Positions 1-8,637 of a DNA stretch of 18,796 nt are shown piece after piece (the stretch's first letter is position 1; every line of letters starts with the position of its first letter). Both the position numbers and the translations under genes were made by a program. This DNA is from Candidatus Bathyarchaeia archaeon (GTDB lineage Archaea > Thermoproteota > Bathyarchaeia > Bathyarchaeales > Bathycorpusculaceae), in assembly GCA_038883795.1 (NCBI GenBank), contig JAVZLK010000031.1, forward strand, positions 1-18,796, in the 5' to 3' direction. The notes under the pieces are model-generated. The model did no database searches. It was not told where the DNA came from and saw nothing but the letters and a program-made list of their open reading frames with translations.

Positions 1-1223
1 TTCCGCTTTTCTGCGACGGGCTGCTCCTCGGTTTGCTGCGGCTCCCAAAGCTCCCATCCCATTTTAACGGCGTTTTTGCGGAACTCTTCTGGGCGGACAA
101 GCCCCAATTCGGCGGCCTTCAACATTTGGTCCATGTTTATTTGGGGAAGGCCTGGTGCCCCCCAGTTTAGGCGTATCCCAGCCTTTTCGGGGTCGAAGCC
201 GGCCTGCTCCAATAAGGGCTTGAAGATTTCCCTTTCCACAGTCCGCTTGATGTAGCGTTGGATGGGCTTTACTATGGCGTCTCCAAAATCTTTGGCTATT
301 TTTGCGCTGGCTTCAGTGTAGCCTGTCCTTGTGAAAAGTTTTGGGAGAGGCGTCTCCAAGCCCATTATATATTGGTCTATGATGTGGTCGATGTAGTATT
401 CGAAGCGGGCTCTGGGGTCTATTTGGACGGGTTCCACTTTGGCGTTTTTGCCCGTGTAGAATAGCCAGGCTCCTTCAGGCGGCCTGCTTTTTATTGTCCG
501 CTTGAAGCTTGCTATGTCCTCGTCTGTTGCGTCTTCCACAAGCGCTAGAACGTCAGGTCCAGCGTATTTTTCGAATATGCGGGGTAGTATGGTTTCAATT
601 TTGGCTTTTGTTTCGGCTAGGCTTGGCCTTGTGGCTCCGTAAATCGTGAACCTTTCAAGGAGCACTTGGAGAAAGCCGACGCCGTAAACTCTGCCTGGAG
701 GCGTGTTTATGCGGAAATGCACAACAGCTTCGGGTGTGAGGGTTTGCCCTCCGTAGGTGTGGCTTAAAAGGTATCCTTTAACCTTGTAGGGCGCCTTAAT
801 TTCCTCTGAAAGCGGTTCAACATTGATTTTTGTGATGGCGTCTGGCGGTAAGCGGATTATCTCTTCAAACTTTTTTGGTGTGATTTTAAGCCAGAACTCG
901 TTTCCACAGGCGATGAGCATTTTGGCTCCGTCGAGTAGAAGTTGGTCTAGGCCTACTTTTTCGCAGAAGTTGTCAATGTGGTCTTTTGCTTTTTCTCCTC
1001 TGTAATAGTCTGGGTTGTAGGTTGTGTAGAAGCCTACGCCTACAGCTTGGCTTGCGAGGCTGTCAACGCACGCCTTACACATTGGGTCTTTATAGTAGAG
1101 CCTTAAAATGTCGTCTAAGCCTATTTCAGGCCATTCGATGAGGCTTGACTCTGGCGTGGCCGTGTCGGCTTTGGCTTTAGGCTTCTTGAAGGCTTCTAGG
1201 AATCGCCTAAACAGGCTGCTCAT
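1..1223 (-). CDS. Phage portal protein (3' end runs off the window; not in ORF track)
   Basis: Manual translation from ATG at 1223: MSSLFRRFLEAFKKP...LYYKDPMCKACVDSLASQAVGVGF...LIACGNEFW...VVHFRINTPPGRVYGVGFLQ...GYTEASAKIA...IVKPIQRYIKRTVEREIFKPLL...GWELWEPQQ; open to the edge (>407 codons). Motif pattern typical of HK97/SPP1-like portals. Confidence 0.85.
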   Translation of the reverse strand, partial: MSSLFRRFLEAFKKPKAKADTATPESSLIEWPEIGLDDILRLYYKDPMCKACVDSLASQAVGVGFYTTYNPDYYRGEKAKDHIDNFCEKVGLDQLLLDGAKMLIACGNEFWLKITPKKFEEIIRLPPDAITKINVEPLSEEIKAPYKVKGYLLSHTYGGQTLTPEAVVHFRINTPPGRVYGVGFLQVLLERFTIYGATRPSLAETKAKIETILPRIFEKYAGPDVLALVEDATDEDIASFKRTIKSRPPEGAWLFYTGKNAKVEPVQIDPRARFEYYIDHIIDQYIMGLETPLPKLFTRTGYTEASAKIAKDFGDAIVKPIQRYIKRTVEREIFKPLLEQAGFDPEKAGIRLNWGAPGLPQINMDQMLKAAELGLVRPEEFRKNAVKMGWELWEPQQTEEQPVAEKR

Positions 1224-1464
1224 TTTCCCAAGCCTCCAGGAACTTTAAGCCTTTGGCTGTTATGCGGTAGGGAGCCGTGTGCTCAACGCCGGCTTTTTCT
1301 ATAAACTCCTGCTGCTTGAGGTAGCGTAGGATGGAAATGAAGGTTGAATGTGTCCCGCACTGGATAAGCGTCCTTTTTTCAAGCTGTGTGAATGTTAGGG
1401 GTTTGCTCCGCAAAGCCTTCAAAACTAATATTGCCAGCCTTATTTTCTCCTCAAACCTTGTCAC
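1207..1464 (-). CDS. Small winged-helix DNA-binding protein
   Basis: 85 aa; ILVLKAL...TFTQL...ILRYLKQQEFIEK...YRITAKGLKFL is a wHTH pattern; overlaps both neighbours. Confidence 0.75.
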   Translation of the reverse strand: MTRFEEKIRLAILVLKALRSKPLTFTQLEKRTLIQCGTHSTFISILRYLKQQEFIEKAGVEHTAPYRITAKGLKFLEAWENEQPV

Positions 1465-1727
1465 TGTAAGGTCACCTCGACGGGTTTTTGGCTGCTGTAG
1501 TGGGGCGGAATGTGCCTGTCACAGTAAAACAGCGCCTTCAAGTCTCGAGCATCAGTTTTACCGTAGGTTGACGGTGTCAGGTCTGGTGTGTAGGGCTTCA
1601 TTTCAGCCTTGCACAGCGGGCAGATCCTGTAACATTCGCATGTAACCATGTCGGTTGGACGGCTGGCTATGTGGACTTTCCCGCAGGCTGGGCATCTTCC
1701 AACAGCATATCCGACTTTTACAGGCAA
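1461..1727 (-). CDS. Cys-rich zinc-finger protein
   Basis: 88 aa with CPAC, CEC, CPLC and CDRH motifs; TTG start preceded by AAGGAG. Confidence 0.7.
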   Translation of the reverse strand: MPVKVGYAVGRCPACGKVHIASRPTDMVTCECYRICPLCKAEMKPYTPDLTPSTYGKTDARDLKALFYCDRHIPPHYSSQKPVEVTLQ

Positions 1728-1807
1728 GATTGCATGCTCCTTGAGGTTTTAATGGACTATAAAAGGGGGGATGGAATGAAGGCTTTTCAGTTTAGGTTTT
1801 CACCCTT

Positions 1808-2755
1808 TTACACCGTTGTGGATATGCCTGTCATTTTGGCGACGCCTTTAGATTGTAGGACGCCTAAGCCTATTCGTTCGTGGGCTACTATGCCGTAAAC
1901 CCCGTTTTTGGGGTCCTCGTAGTCTTGGGTTTGTAGGTCTCTGCGGATCAGCATTACTGCTGCTACGTCTGTGTCTATGGCGTAGGCTGTTCCGTTTGTG
2001 CATTTTGTGCTGGTTACTATGCGCATGCCGAGGTATGTTTCGGCTAAGACTCCTTTGCGGATGTCTACGCCTTCTCCCCAGTATAGGCTGTTTATGAACT
2101 TGTCGTCTCGCCAGAGCTGGGTTACTTGGCGTGGGTGGAGCACCAGAACTTTTGGCGAGAAGTCCTCGTTTACAACGGCGTCCCATAGGGCTGTAACCTT
2201 GTTCCAGTCCATGGCTGTTCCCCCGCCGGCTAGAACGGCTCCGCCAGCTAGGTCTGAGGCTGCAATGCTGTTGTATAGGCTTAGGACAAGTTCCGTCTCT
2301 TTTTCGGCAACGTTTCTTCCGCATTCGGCTACCTGCCTGTCCATAACGTTCCATGTGGCGTCTTCGAGAAACTCTTGCGTCCATTCGGCAGCCGATTTTA
2401 TAATGACGTTTGTGGAAACGTCTATTTTGTCGTATTTTTCGCCGGCAACGTAGACTTTTCCGCCTTCGGCCATGACGTAGGCTTTGCCCTTCTTGGCTTT
2501 TGGGAAACGTTCAAGAGGCTCTTTTGTGGGCCGGACCCATATGATTTCTCTGCCTATAAGGTTTGGCTTTGCGGCTTCTATGACGGTGTCGTGCATGCGT
2601 CCTAAAGCTTGCGCTGCGTCGCTGAAAAGTCCCTCTTCGATTCCCTTTTTGATGTAGCGTTGGTAGAAGGGGTTTTGGCTTATGCGCACTAGCATTTCTT
2701 TAACTTCAGCGTTGAAGGCTGGGTCCTTCATCAACTGTTCAAAAAGTTTTGGCAC
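1808..2755 (-). CDS. Major capsid protein, HK97 fold
   Basis: 315 aa; AYVMAEGG, WTQEFLEDATWN, LVLHPRQVTQL, YLGMRIVTS, AHERIGLGVLQSKGV follow the HK97 MCP pattern; GAGAGGTGA RBS upstream of the GTG start; follows protease and decoration genes. Confidence 0.9.
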   Translation of the reverse strand: MPKLFEQLMKDPAFNAEVKEMLVRISQNPFYQRYIKKGIEEGLFSDAAQALGRMHDTVIEAAKPNLIGREIIWVRPTKEPLERFPKAKKGKAYVMAEGGKVYVAGEKYDKIDVSTNVIIKSAAEWTQEFLEDATWNVMDRQVAECGRNVAEKETELVLSLYNSIAASDLAGGAVLAGGGTAMDWNKVTALWDAVVNEDFSPKVLVLHPRQVTQLWRDDKFINSLYWGEGVDIRKGVLAETYLGMRIVTSTKCTNGTAYAIDTDVAAVMLIRRDLQTQDYEDPKNGVYGIVAHERIGLGVLQSKGVAKMTGISTTV

Positions 2756-2769
2756 AAGCCATCACCTCT

Positions 2770-3189
2770 CTACTTGCACACGTAGATTAGGCCTGTGTCG
2801 CCTGCCGCTGAGAAGCTTTGTAGGGCTAATCCAAGCTTCCGTGTCCAGCTGTGGGTTGCTGTTCCACCCTCGTTTATGTCGGCTAAAGCCAAGACACGCT
2901 TTGAAGAGTCTGCTCCGTAGACGGCTTTTCCTCTTGTTATGGCTCCGCCGGCGACGACTTTGACGACGCCTTTAACGCAGACTGGAACTTGTTCGCCTGC
3001 CTTTGCGGATTTTAGGGCTATTCCTATACAGTCTTGGGCTGATGTTGCTGGGCTAACGGTTAGGTCGGCTGTGAGGTAGACGGGGTCTCCTTTGGTTATG
3101 TCGGCTGCGGCTGTGAAGCTTAGTATTTCGGCTTCAGCCATGCTTGTTACGGCGTCGCCTACATCTACGTCTGGATACAAGTCCGCCAT
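2770..3189 (-). CDS. Capsid decoration/cement protein (DUF2190-like)
   Basis: 139 aa; FTAAADITKGDPVY...IGIALKSAKAGEQVPVCVKGVVKVVAGGAITRGKAVY...LGLALQ; lies between protease and MCP. Confidence 0.8.
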   Translation of the reverse strand: MADLYPDVDVGDAVTSMAEAEILSFTAAADITKGDPVYLTADLTVSPATSAQDCIGIALKSAKAGEQVPVCVKGVVKVVAGGAITRGKAVYGADSSKRVLALADINEGGTATHSWTRKLGLALQSFSAAGDTGLIYVCK

Positions 3190-3191
3190 GC

Positions 3192-5045
3192 TTAGTCACT
3201 CCTACCTTGTTTTTGGGTTTCAGCCAGTTCGTCCTGGCTTACTCCCTGTCCGTTTGAGGACTGTGAAAGCAGGTAGCGGATCTTGTAAACAAGCTGTCTT
3301 GGACCGTAACTCCATGAGCGGACAACCCTTTCAGGCGGTATAAGCTCCAAAATTTTCCTCTTGTCAATCAGGTTGGGGTCCTTTGCCTGCTGTTTCACGG
3401 TTAGCTGCTCGGTTATTGTTTCAGCTTTTCCGGTTTGGCTTCCAGTTTGAGGCTGTAGGGACTGTTCAAGCTTTTGGATTCGCCCCTCTAAAGCCTCTAT
3501 GGCGTCGTTGATTTGTTCAACCACGTCTTCTATGCTGGCTATAAGCTCGTCCATGGTTGGCTCGGGAGCCGCTTCAAACTCGACTTCTGAGGCTTGTGTT
3601 TGCTCCGCCAGTTTAGCCTCTTCAGCGGCCATGCCTATGCCCAACTTTTTCTTGTGGGCTGCAAGGTGCCTCATGGCCTGCTCCTTCTGTTCGGGTGTTA
3701 GGCTGCTTTGTGGAAGCCTTGCATTGGCGTTCCTCAAATGAGGAAGGTCTATGCTTCCATCTGGCCTGTGGTGTGGAAACTTTCTGAGGCTTCTGGGAGT
3801 TGTTTTGCCTTCCTCGTCTTTTTCTCCGCCTGGAAGGATTATGGCAAAGGCCGAGTCCGGCAGGTCGTTTATGTATTTGCGGGTCCAAACCCGCTCGGTT
3901 ATTAGCGGTCTAGGCTTGTTTTCAGAGGTTTCCATCACCTCTCCACGCCCTTTCGAAGCATCCGCCTCAGATGCTTTCGGGGCTGAAGGCTTCGCCTTTT
4001 CAACAATGTATTGAGGGTGGAGCCTAAGCCAGTCTTGGATTTTGGCTTCATCCCACTTTTCCCTGGCGAAAAGGATGGCTTGAACCCGGGTTTCTTCAGG
4101 CTTATCCTTCAGTCGGCCTTGGACGGCTAAAACGCCGTTTTCTCTGTCTAGCCACGTGGCTGTGAAGTGTTGGGGTAGGAAGGCGTTGGGGTCCCGATAA
4201 TATGCCAAATAGTATTCGCCTGCTTGTAGGGGTAAAACGTCGCTTTGCTCCGCTATGGATACGGGCTTAGCGTTGGCTGGGTTGAGCTTCTCGAGTATTT
4301 GGATGTTGGTTTCAGGTATGCCCGGCACGGCTACAAGGCTTAGCTCGGCGTTGTGTAGCCCGTGGGGCACCTTTCCGTCTAGGATGTCTATGGTCTCGTA
4401 GTCTGCTCCTACGCTTACATGCTGGATTAAGCCCTTCCGGATTTTCTCAGCGTATTCATCGTCGTAGATTTCAGCTTCATACCAGAGGTTTTCGCCGTCA
4501 AAATAGGCATTTGTTACTCGCCCAATAGCGTTTGGGACAGCCACATGCTCAATGTAAAGAGGAGCCCCAACCAGTTTAGAAGCGAAGGCCTCAAGCTCTT
4601 CAGGCGTGTAAATGTTACGGTTTCTGCTCATGCCAACCTTCATGGCTATTCCGCGGATACGCAAGGGCTTGTCAACAACTTTCTCCAAAACCTGGAAGGG
4701 GAAAACGGCCGTGAAATGCTCCCTGACCAGTGTTTCACGGTGCCCTTCAAACCAAGCCTTCGCCTTATCTAAAGTCCAACCCTTGCTTTTGTCGAAGAGG
4801 TAGCTTTGAACCTCCATCTTGTCGGAGCCTTTAGGCTTGCCGACAACAGCCTTAATGCCCTCATCCTCGCTGAGTGTTATGGTGCGAAAACTGTCCTGCT
4901 CAAAATCTTCTGGGCTGCGATGTCCGCTGCGAATATACTGGTCGGTTTCATCCCAAGGCAGAGCAGAAACCCGCCTTTCATGTGCTCTGCCCAATAAAAA
5001 TATATGTTTCAAAACATAAATTGAATTATACAATAGGATGGTCAA
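3192..5045 (-). CDS. Prohead protease fused to accessory domains and a C-terminal coiled-coil scaffold (true start probably downstream of 5045)
   Basis: IRGIA...SRNRNIYTPEEL...PLYIEH...IGRV...VSVGA...ELSLVAVPG match an HK97-type maturation protease with His/Ser/Glu; acidic coiled-coil C-terminus. The first ~28 codons overlap an AT-rich promoter-like region. Confidence 0.85.
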   Translation of the reverse strand: MTILLYNSIYVLKHIFLLGRAHERRVSALPWDETDQYIRSGHRSPEDFEQDSFRTITLSEDEGIKAVVGKPKGSDKMEVQSYLFDKSKGWTLDKAKAWFEGHRETLVREHFTAVFPFQVLEKVVDKPLRIRGIAMKVGMSRNRNIYTPEELEAFASKLVGAPLYIEHVAVPNAIGRVTNAYFDGENLWYEAEIYDDEYAEKIRKGLIQHVSVGADYETIDILDGKVPHGLHNAELSLVAVPGIPETNIQILEKLNPANAKPVSIAEQSDVLPLQAGEYYLAYYRDPNAFLPQHFTATWLDRENGVLAVQGRLKDKPEETRVQAILFAREKWDEAKIQDWLRLHPQYIVEKAKPSAPKASEADASKGRGEVMETSENKPRPLITERVWTRKYINDLPDSAFAIILPGGEKDEEGKTTPRSLRKFPHHRPDGSIDLPHLRNANARLPQSSLTPEQKEQAMRHLAAHKKKLGIGMAAEEAKLAEQTQASEVEFEAAPEPTMDELIASIEDVVEQINDAIEALEGRIQKLEQSLQPQTGSQTGKAETITEQLTVKQQAKDPNLIDKRKILELIPPERVVRSWSYGPRQLVYKIRYLLSQSSNGQGVSQDELAETQKQGRSD

Positions 5046-5048
5046 AAA

Positions 5049-5213
5049 GTGGCAAGAAAATACATCGTCCGGGTTGTTTTAAGCCCACAACACAAAGAAC
5101 TATTAGACAGAATATGCCAAAAGCTGGGACAAAGCGAAAGCGAAACACTACGTATAGCATTCTTGCAATACGCGGAAAAACTTAGTTTAGTAACGGAAAA
5201 AGTGCATAGCTAA
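5049..5213 (+). CDS. Ribbon-helix-helix protein, 54 aa (not in ORF track)
   Basis: GTG at 5049 to TAA at 5211-5213: MARKYIVRVVLSPQHKELLDRICQKLGQSESETLRIAFLQYAEKLSLVTEKVHS; beta strand plus two helices with a G-x-S-x-S-E turn. Confidence 0.8.
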   Translation: MARKYIVRVVLSPQHKELLDRICQKLGQSESETLRIAFLQYAEKLSLVTEKVHS

Positions 5214-5236
5214 GTTGTAATTTTCTAAACATCAGT

Positions 5237-6262
5237 TTAAAATTTGCAGTTGCACCTTACATTTTCCCAGTCAGGAGGATTTCCTGGCGGAAGAATTAAT
5301 TTTTTTTCAGCAAGCACTTCCCAAACATACGGAGTTTCCTTGCATAGTGCTAGTTGCCCATTGAATCCTGTTTTACGTATTTCTTCAAGAACTATGCTGT
5401 ATAGGGATGTCCGTAAATCCTTTTGAATTTTTAATCCCCATCCTGTCTTTTCTTTCTCGTCTAAATAGCTTATCCAACTTTTATCTTTGGCATAATACAT
5501 GGTTTTTTTCAAACCTCTCAGACTACCTATCGTTATTCTTTCGGGCTTCAATTTGAATTCATCAAATATTATCTTAATTAACTCCGAATAATGAGCTGCC
5601 CAATTTTCTACGGGAATCATCGGGTCAATTCTAATTCTCACATTATAACCTTCTTCTTGTAATATTCTCATTGCCTCGAGACGATCTTTTAGACGTGCTG
5701 TTCCTTTCTCAAATTTTTCAACTACCGCCTCAGGGTTCAAAGAAAAGCTTACAATAAGAAATTTTTTGAGTTCTTTATCATTAAGAAGAGGATAAATGTT
5801 ATCTTTTCCAGCTTTGCTGAGAAATAAGAGCTTGTTTCCTGGATATTTTTCCATTATCGGGATTGTTTTTTCCAAAAATATTTCAGTCCATTTTGGTATC
5901 GCCAAACAGTCGGCCAGTTCTCCTACGCAAAGAAGTAGGTTGATGCCAATTGAGTCCAACCAGGAAAGAAATTCTTTCAATGTTTTGGCCATCTTGTTCA
6001 TGTCTTTAAATCTTGGCTTTTTATTACCAAAAAAAGTCCCCTGTAGATAACAATAACTGCATCCATAGGGACACCCTATGAATGGTTTTAAAAGCCAAAA
6101 GTGTGGACATACTATACTTTTGGGTGTTTTATAGAAAAAGGCTATATAAGAATTCTTCAGCCATTTTCTTGGTATTAATATTGCTTTTCTTTGAGCAACA
6201 GAGTCAAAAAGCCTTTTTTGTATTAACTCTTCTTGTCGAGGGTAAAAGTAGTAGTCTTTCAT
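5237..6262 (-). CDS. Radical SAM enzyme, spore photoproduct lyase-like family
   Basis: 341 aa; GCPYGCSYCYLQ (CxxxCxxC), GELADCLA, VSFSLNP, RIRIDPMIP, ITIGSLRG, LCKE, terminal RCNC. Confidence 0.85.
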   Translation of the reverse strand: MKDYYFYPRQEELIQKRLFDSVAQRKAILIPRKWLKNSYIAFFYKTPKSIVCPHFWLLKPFIGCPYGCSYCYLQGTFFGNKKPRFKDMNKMAKTLKEFLSWLDSIGINLLLCVGELADCLAIPKWTEIFLEKTIPIMEKYPGNKLLFLSKAGKDNIYPLLNDKELKKFLIVSFSLNPEAVVEKFEKGTARLKDRLEAMRILQEEGYNVRIRIDPMIPVENWAAHYSELIKIIFDEFKLKPERITIGSLRGLKKTMYYAKDKSWISYLDEKEKTGWGLKIQKDLRTSLYSIVLEEIRKTGFNGQLALCKETPYVWEVLAEKKLILPPGNPPDWENVRCNCKF

Positions 6263-6284
6263 TCCATTATCCTAGTTTCTATCG

Positions 6285-6698
6285 CTACTTATATACTATA
6301 AGTTTTGATGTAGCGATTTGATACGAATTAATTTTGACACCGTATTTACCCTTTGTTTTCCATTCCTCACAGAATCTACCAAGACCTTCAATAAGTCTTC
6401 TAAAGTCTTCATCGTTCGCGTTTTTAATCTTGAAGATGGCTACTGCGCCCTCAGCAGGCCCTACTTTGCCCCGAACTTCCTTATGTTCCTTGGGTTTAAT
6501 GAGGGAGAATATATAAGGTTCCAAAAATTGGTCTAAGCCATTCTCCAATATCCAAGGATAATGCTTTGAACCAGTTGCTATAGGACCCATCAAAATTCTA
6601 CGGGCTTCGCTAGGAACGTTCCTTGTGACAGCTCGGTTAGAGGGAACATACGACCACTTTACAATGACTAAAACATAATCAGCTAACATTTTCGACAA
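6285..6698 (-). CDS. Hypothetical protein (137 aa) in cargo operon
   Basis: Overlaps the ATPase stop by 20 nt and ends 22 nt before the radical SAM start; no recognised motif. Confidence 0.65.
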   Translation of the reverse strand: MSKMLADYVLVIVKWSYVPSNRAVTRNVPSEARRILMGPIATGSKHYPWILENGLDQFLEPYIFSLIKPKEHKEVRGKVGPAEGAVAIFKIKNANDEDFRRLIEGLGRFCEEWKTKGKYGVKINSYQIATSKLIVYK

Positions 6699-8637
6699 CA
6701 GGCCCTTCTCCTTTTTTGTATTCTAAAAATTTTATGAACGCAGCTTGTGGATAAGTAGATTTAATGTAATTTGCAAATTCGCTATCCATGGTCGAAACTA
6801 TTATTTGCTTATCTTGCGAAGCTTTAGCTAATAACTCTGCTAACCTCCGTTTCCCATAGGAATCCAAAGATTGACTAGGGTCATCCATAATAACAAATTC
6901 TAATTTATGAGGCGCTTTTTTAGCCATGGCAAGAAGAATAAGAACAGCAGACTCATTAAGTTGACCCGTGCTGAATAACGTTTGAACATAAGTTTTCTCG
7001 CCCGTTTCACTAACACCCTGTAGCCAGTAACCGTGTTCGTTATATATGATGGATATTTTAGAAAAAGTTGGATGCGGTGCCAAAATCTTTGCATAATCAC
7101 TAATGATGGGATTCAGAGACTCAATTCTTTTCTGGATAAACAATGGAGATATTCTGCTAAAATGCTCGTTCAGGGTTTTTACAAATTCATGAAAGCGTGT
7201 TAACTTTTCAAGTTTCATCTCGTCATTTTTAATGTCATCTTCTGAAGGTAATTGCGGATAACGCTGAGCAAGTTCCTGTTCTTTTTTGAAAATGTTATAA
7301 AGCTCGACTAATATCGTTGCTTCAGTTTCAAGAGCCTCATACTCGCTCTTTGCACTTTCTAGTTTCTCATACTTTTCTTGATCAAAATTCTTTTCCAGTT
7401 CTTCTTTTTCTTGCCGCCAAGAGCGTAGGTTATCTAACTTCAGGCTCAGATTACGTTCTTCTTGTTTTAATTTCTTTATTTCTTCATACAAAGCTTCTAT
7501 TTCTTTTTTCTCTTTAAGCTCTTCGACTTTGATACTCACACGGTTAAGAGTTGTTGAAGCATCTATTCTGCTTTCACACAATGGGCACTCATTTGGCATA
7601 GCTAATTGAAGATACTCCTTTCCTGAAATCAAAACTTTAGAGTAAGAATCTTTAACTTCTAATGCCTTTTCTTTCAACTTTATTTTTTCTTGAAGCCCCT
7701 TAATTTTTTGGTTGATTACACTTTCATCAAATTCTTCGATTTTTCGCTCAAGTTCTTCAATTCTTCTTTTTCTTTCCTTATATTGACTAAGCTCACTTGA
7801 TATCTTTTGTTTCCATTCTAAATGCATGCTTGGGAGCTTATCTAAAAATGCACGAACCGTCATTAAATCTTCCTTAAAGATAACAGGCATTTTTAAATTT
7901 ATAATATCCCCAATTTTTTCAAGTTTTTCAAAAAGGTCTTTAGCTCTTGAAATGATAGATGAAACTTTAAGCTCATTTTCAAATTCCTTTTGCGTCAAAT
8001 TCATTTTTTCTTTCAACGATGTTTTTTGAGAACTTAAGGATTCGCACTCTTCCCAATACTTATTTAACTCTCCTCGTTTGCCGTCAATGTCGTCTTTTAA
8101 AGATTTCTTATCACCCTCTATCAACTTTTCGGCTTCTTTTACCCCATTTTCCAGAGCTACGATAAATTCAATTCCCAATAGAGAACTGAGAACAGGCCCT
8201 CTCTTCTCTGGTTTCGCTTGAATGAATTCTCGAAGTGCTTCTTGACGTAGGTAAACAGTCGCACGAAAAGTTTCAGGGGCTATTTCAATCTTATCTCCTT
8301 CCAATATTTTTAGCTTAGCAGAGCGTGTTGGCTTCCAAACTTTTGATGATGCTACACTTCTTACAATTTTGGTCTTAGATTTTCCCTTCCTAAAAGATAT
8401 AGCTACTCTGGCCTCTCGATTTAGACTGTCTCTATTTATTATTGTATCTTCTTGCTCCGCTTCAGCACTATCATACTGTGGTAATTTGCCCAACAACGCC
8501 CATTCGATGGCATCACATAAGCTTGTTTTACCTGTGCCATTAGGACCTAATATCACTGTAAGCTTCTCATTAAAAGTAAATTCATAAGGCTTATTAAAGG
8601 CTCTAAAACCTTCGACATTAATTTTTTCGATTTTCAT
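6679..8637 (-). CDS. Rad50/SbcC-like SMC-family ABC ATPase with zinc hook
   Basis: 652 aa; GFRAF, Walker A GPNGTGKT, Q-loop YLRQE, coiled coils with central CPLC, signature FSTGQ, Walker B/D-loop FVIMDDPSQSLD. Confidence 0.9.
   Translation of the reverse strand: MKIEKINVEGFRAFNKPYEFTFNEKLTVILGPNGTGKTSLCDAIEWALLGKLPQYDSAEAEQEDTIINRDSLNREARVAISFRKGKSKTKIVRSVASSKVWKPTRSAKLKILEGDKIEIAPETFRATVYLRQEALREFIQAKPEKRGPVLSSLLGIEFIVALENGVKEAEKLIEGDKKSLKDDIDGKRGELNKYWEECESLSSQKTSLKEKMNLTQKEFENELKVSSIISRAKDLFEKLEKIGDIINLKMPVIFKEDLMTVRAFLDKLPSMHLEWKQKISSELSQYKERKRRIEELERKIEEFDESVINQKIKGLQEKIKLKEKALEVKDSYSKVLISGKEYLQLAMPNECPLCESRIDASTTLNRVSIKVEELKEKKEIEALYEEIKKLKQEERNLSLKLDNLRSWRQEKEELEKNFDQEKYEKLESAKSEYEALETEATILVELYNIFKKEQELAQRYPQLPSEDDIKNDEMKLEKLTRFHEFVKTLNEHFSRISPLFIQKRIESLNPIISDYAKILAPHPTFSKISIIYNEHGYWLQGVSETGEKTYVQTLFSTGQLNESAVLILLAMAKKAPHKLEFVIMDDPSQSLDSYGKRRLAELLAKASQDKQIIVSTMDSEFANYIKSTYPQAAFIKFLEYKKGEGPVVENVS

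Noticed and set aside
15-1220. EQPV/GAGCAGCC recurring at the ends of the wHTH and portal genes and near 10551
   Set aside because: Too short and in unrelated contexts; consistent with chance.
1755-1790. Pyrimidine-rich tract after the MCP stop as a terminator
   Set aside because: Plausible archaeal terminator, but only four consecutive T and no other support.
258-4997. Many plus-strand ORFs and alternate-frame minus ORFs (e.g. 1848-2384, 3622-3888) over the head module
   Set aside because: Shadows of the well-supported portal, MCP, decoration and protease genes; no motifs.
4874-5185. 103-aa plus-strand ORF
   Set aside because: Overlaps the protease start antisense and lies in a different frame from the convincing RHH ORF at 5049-5213.
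6679-8637. Housekeeping Rad50/SbcC repair gene
   Set aside because: No Mre11/SbcD, NurA or HerA neighbours; inside a provirus; degenerate motifs.
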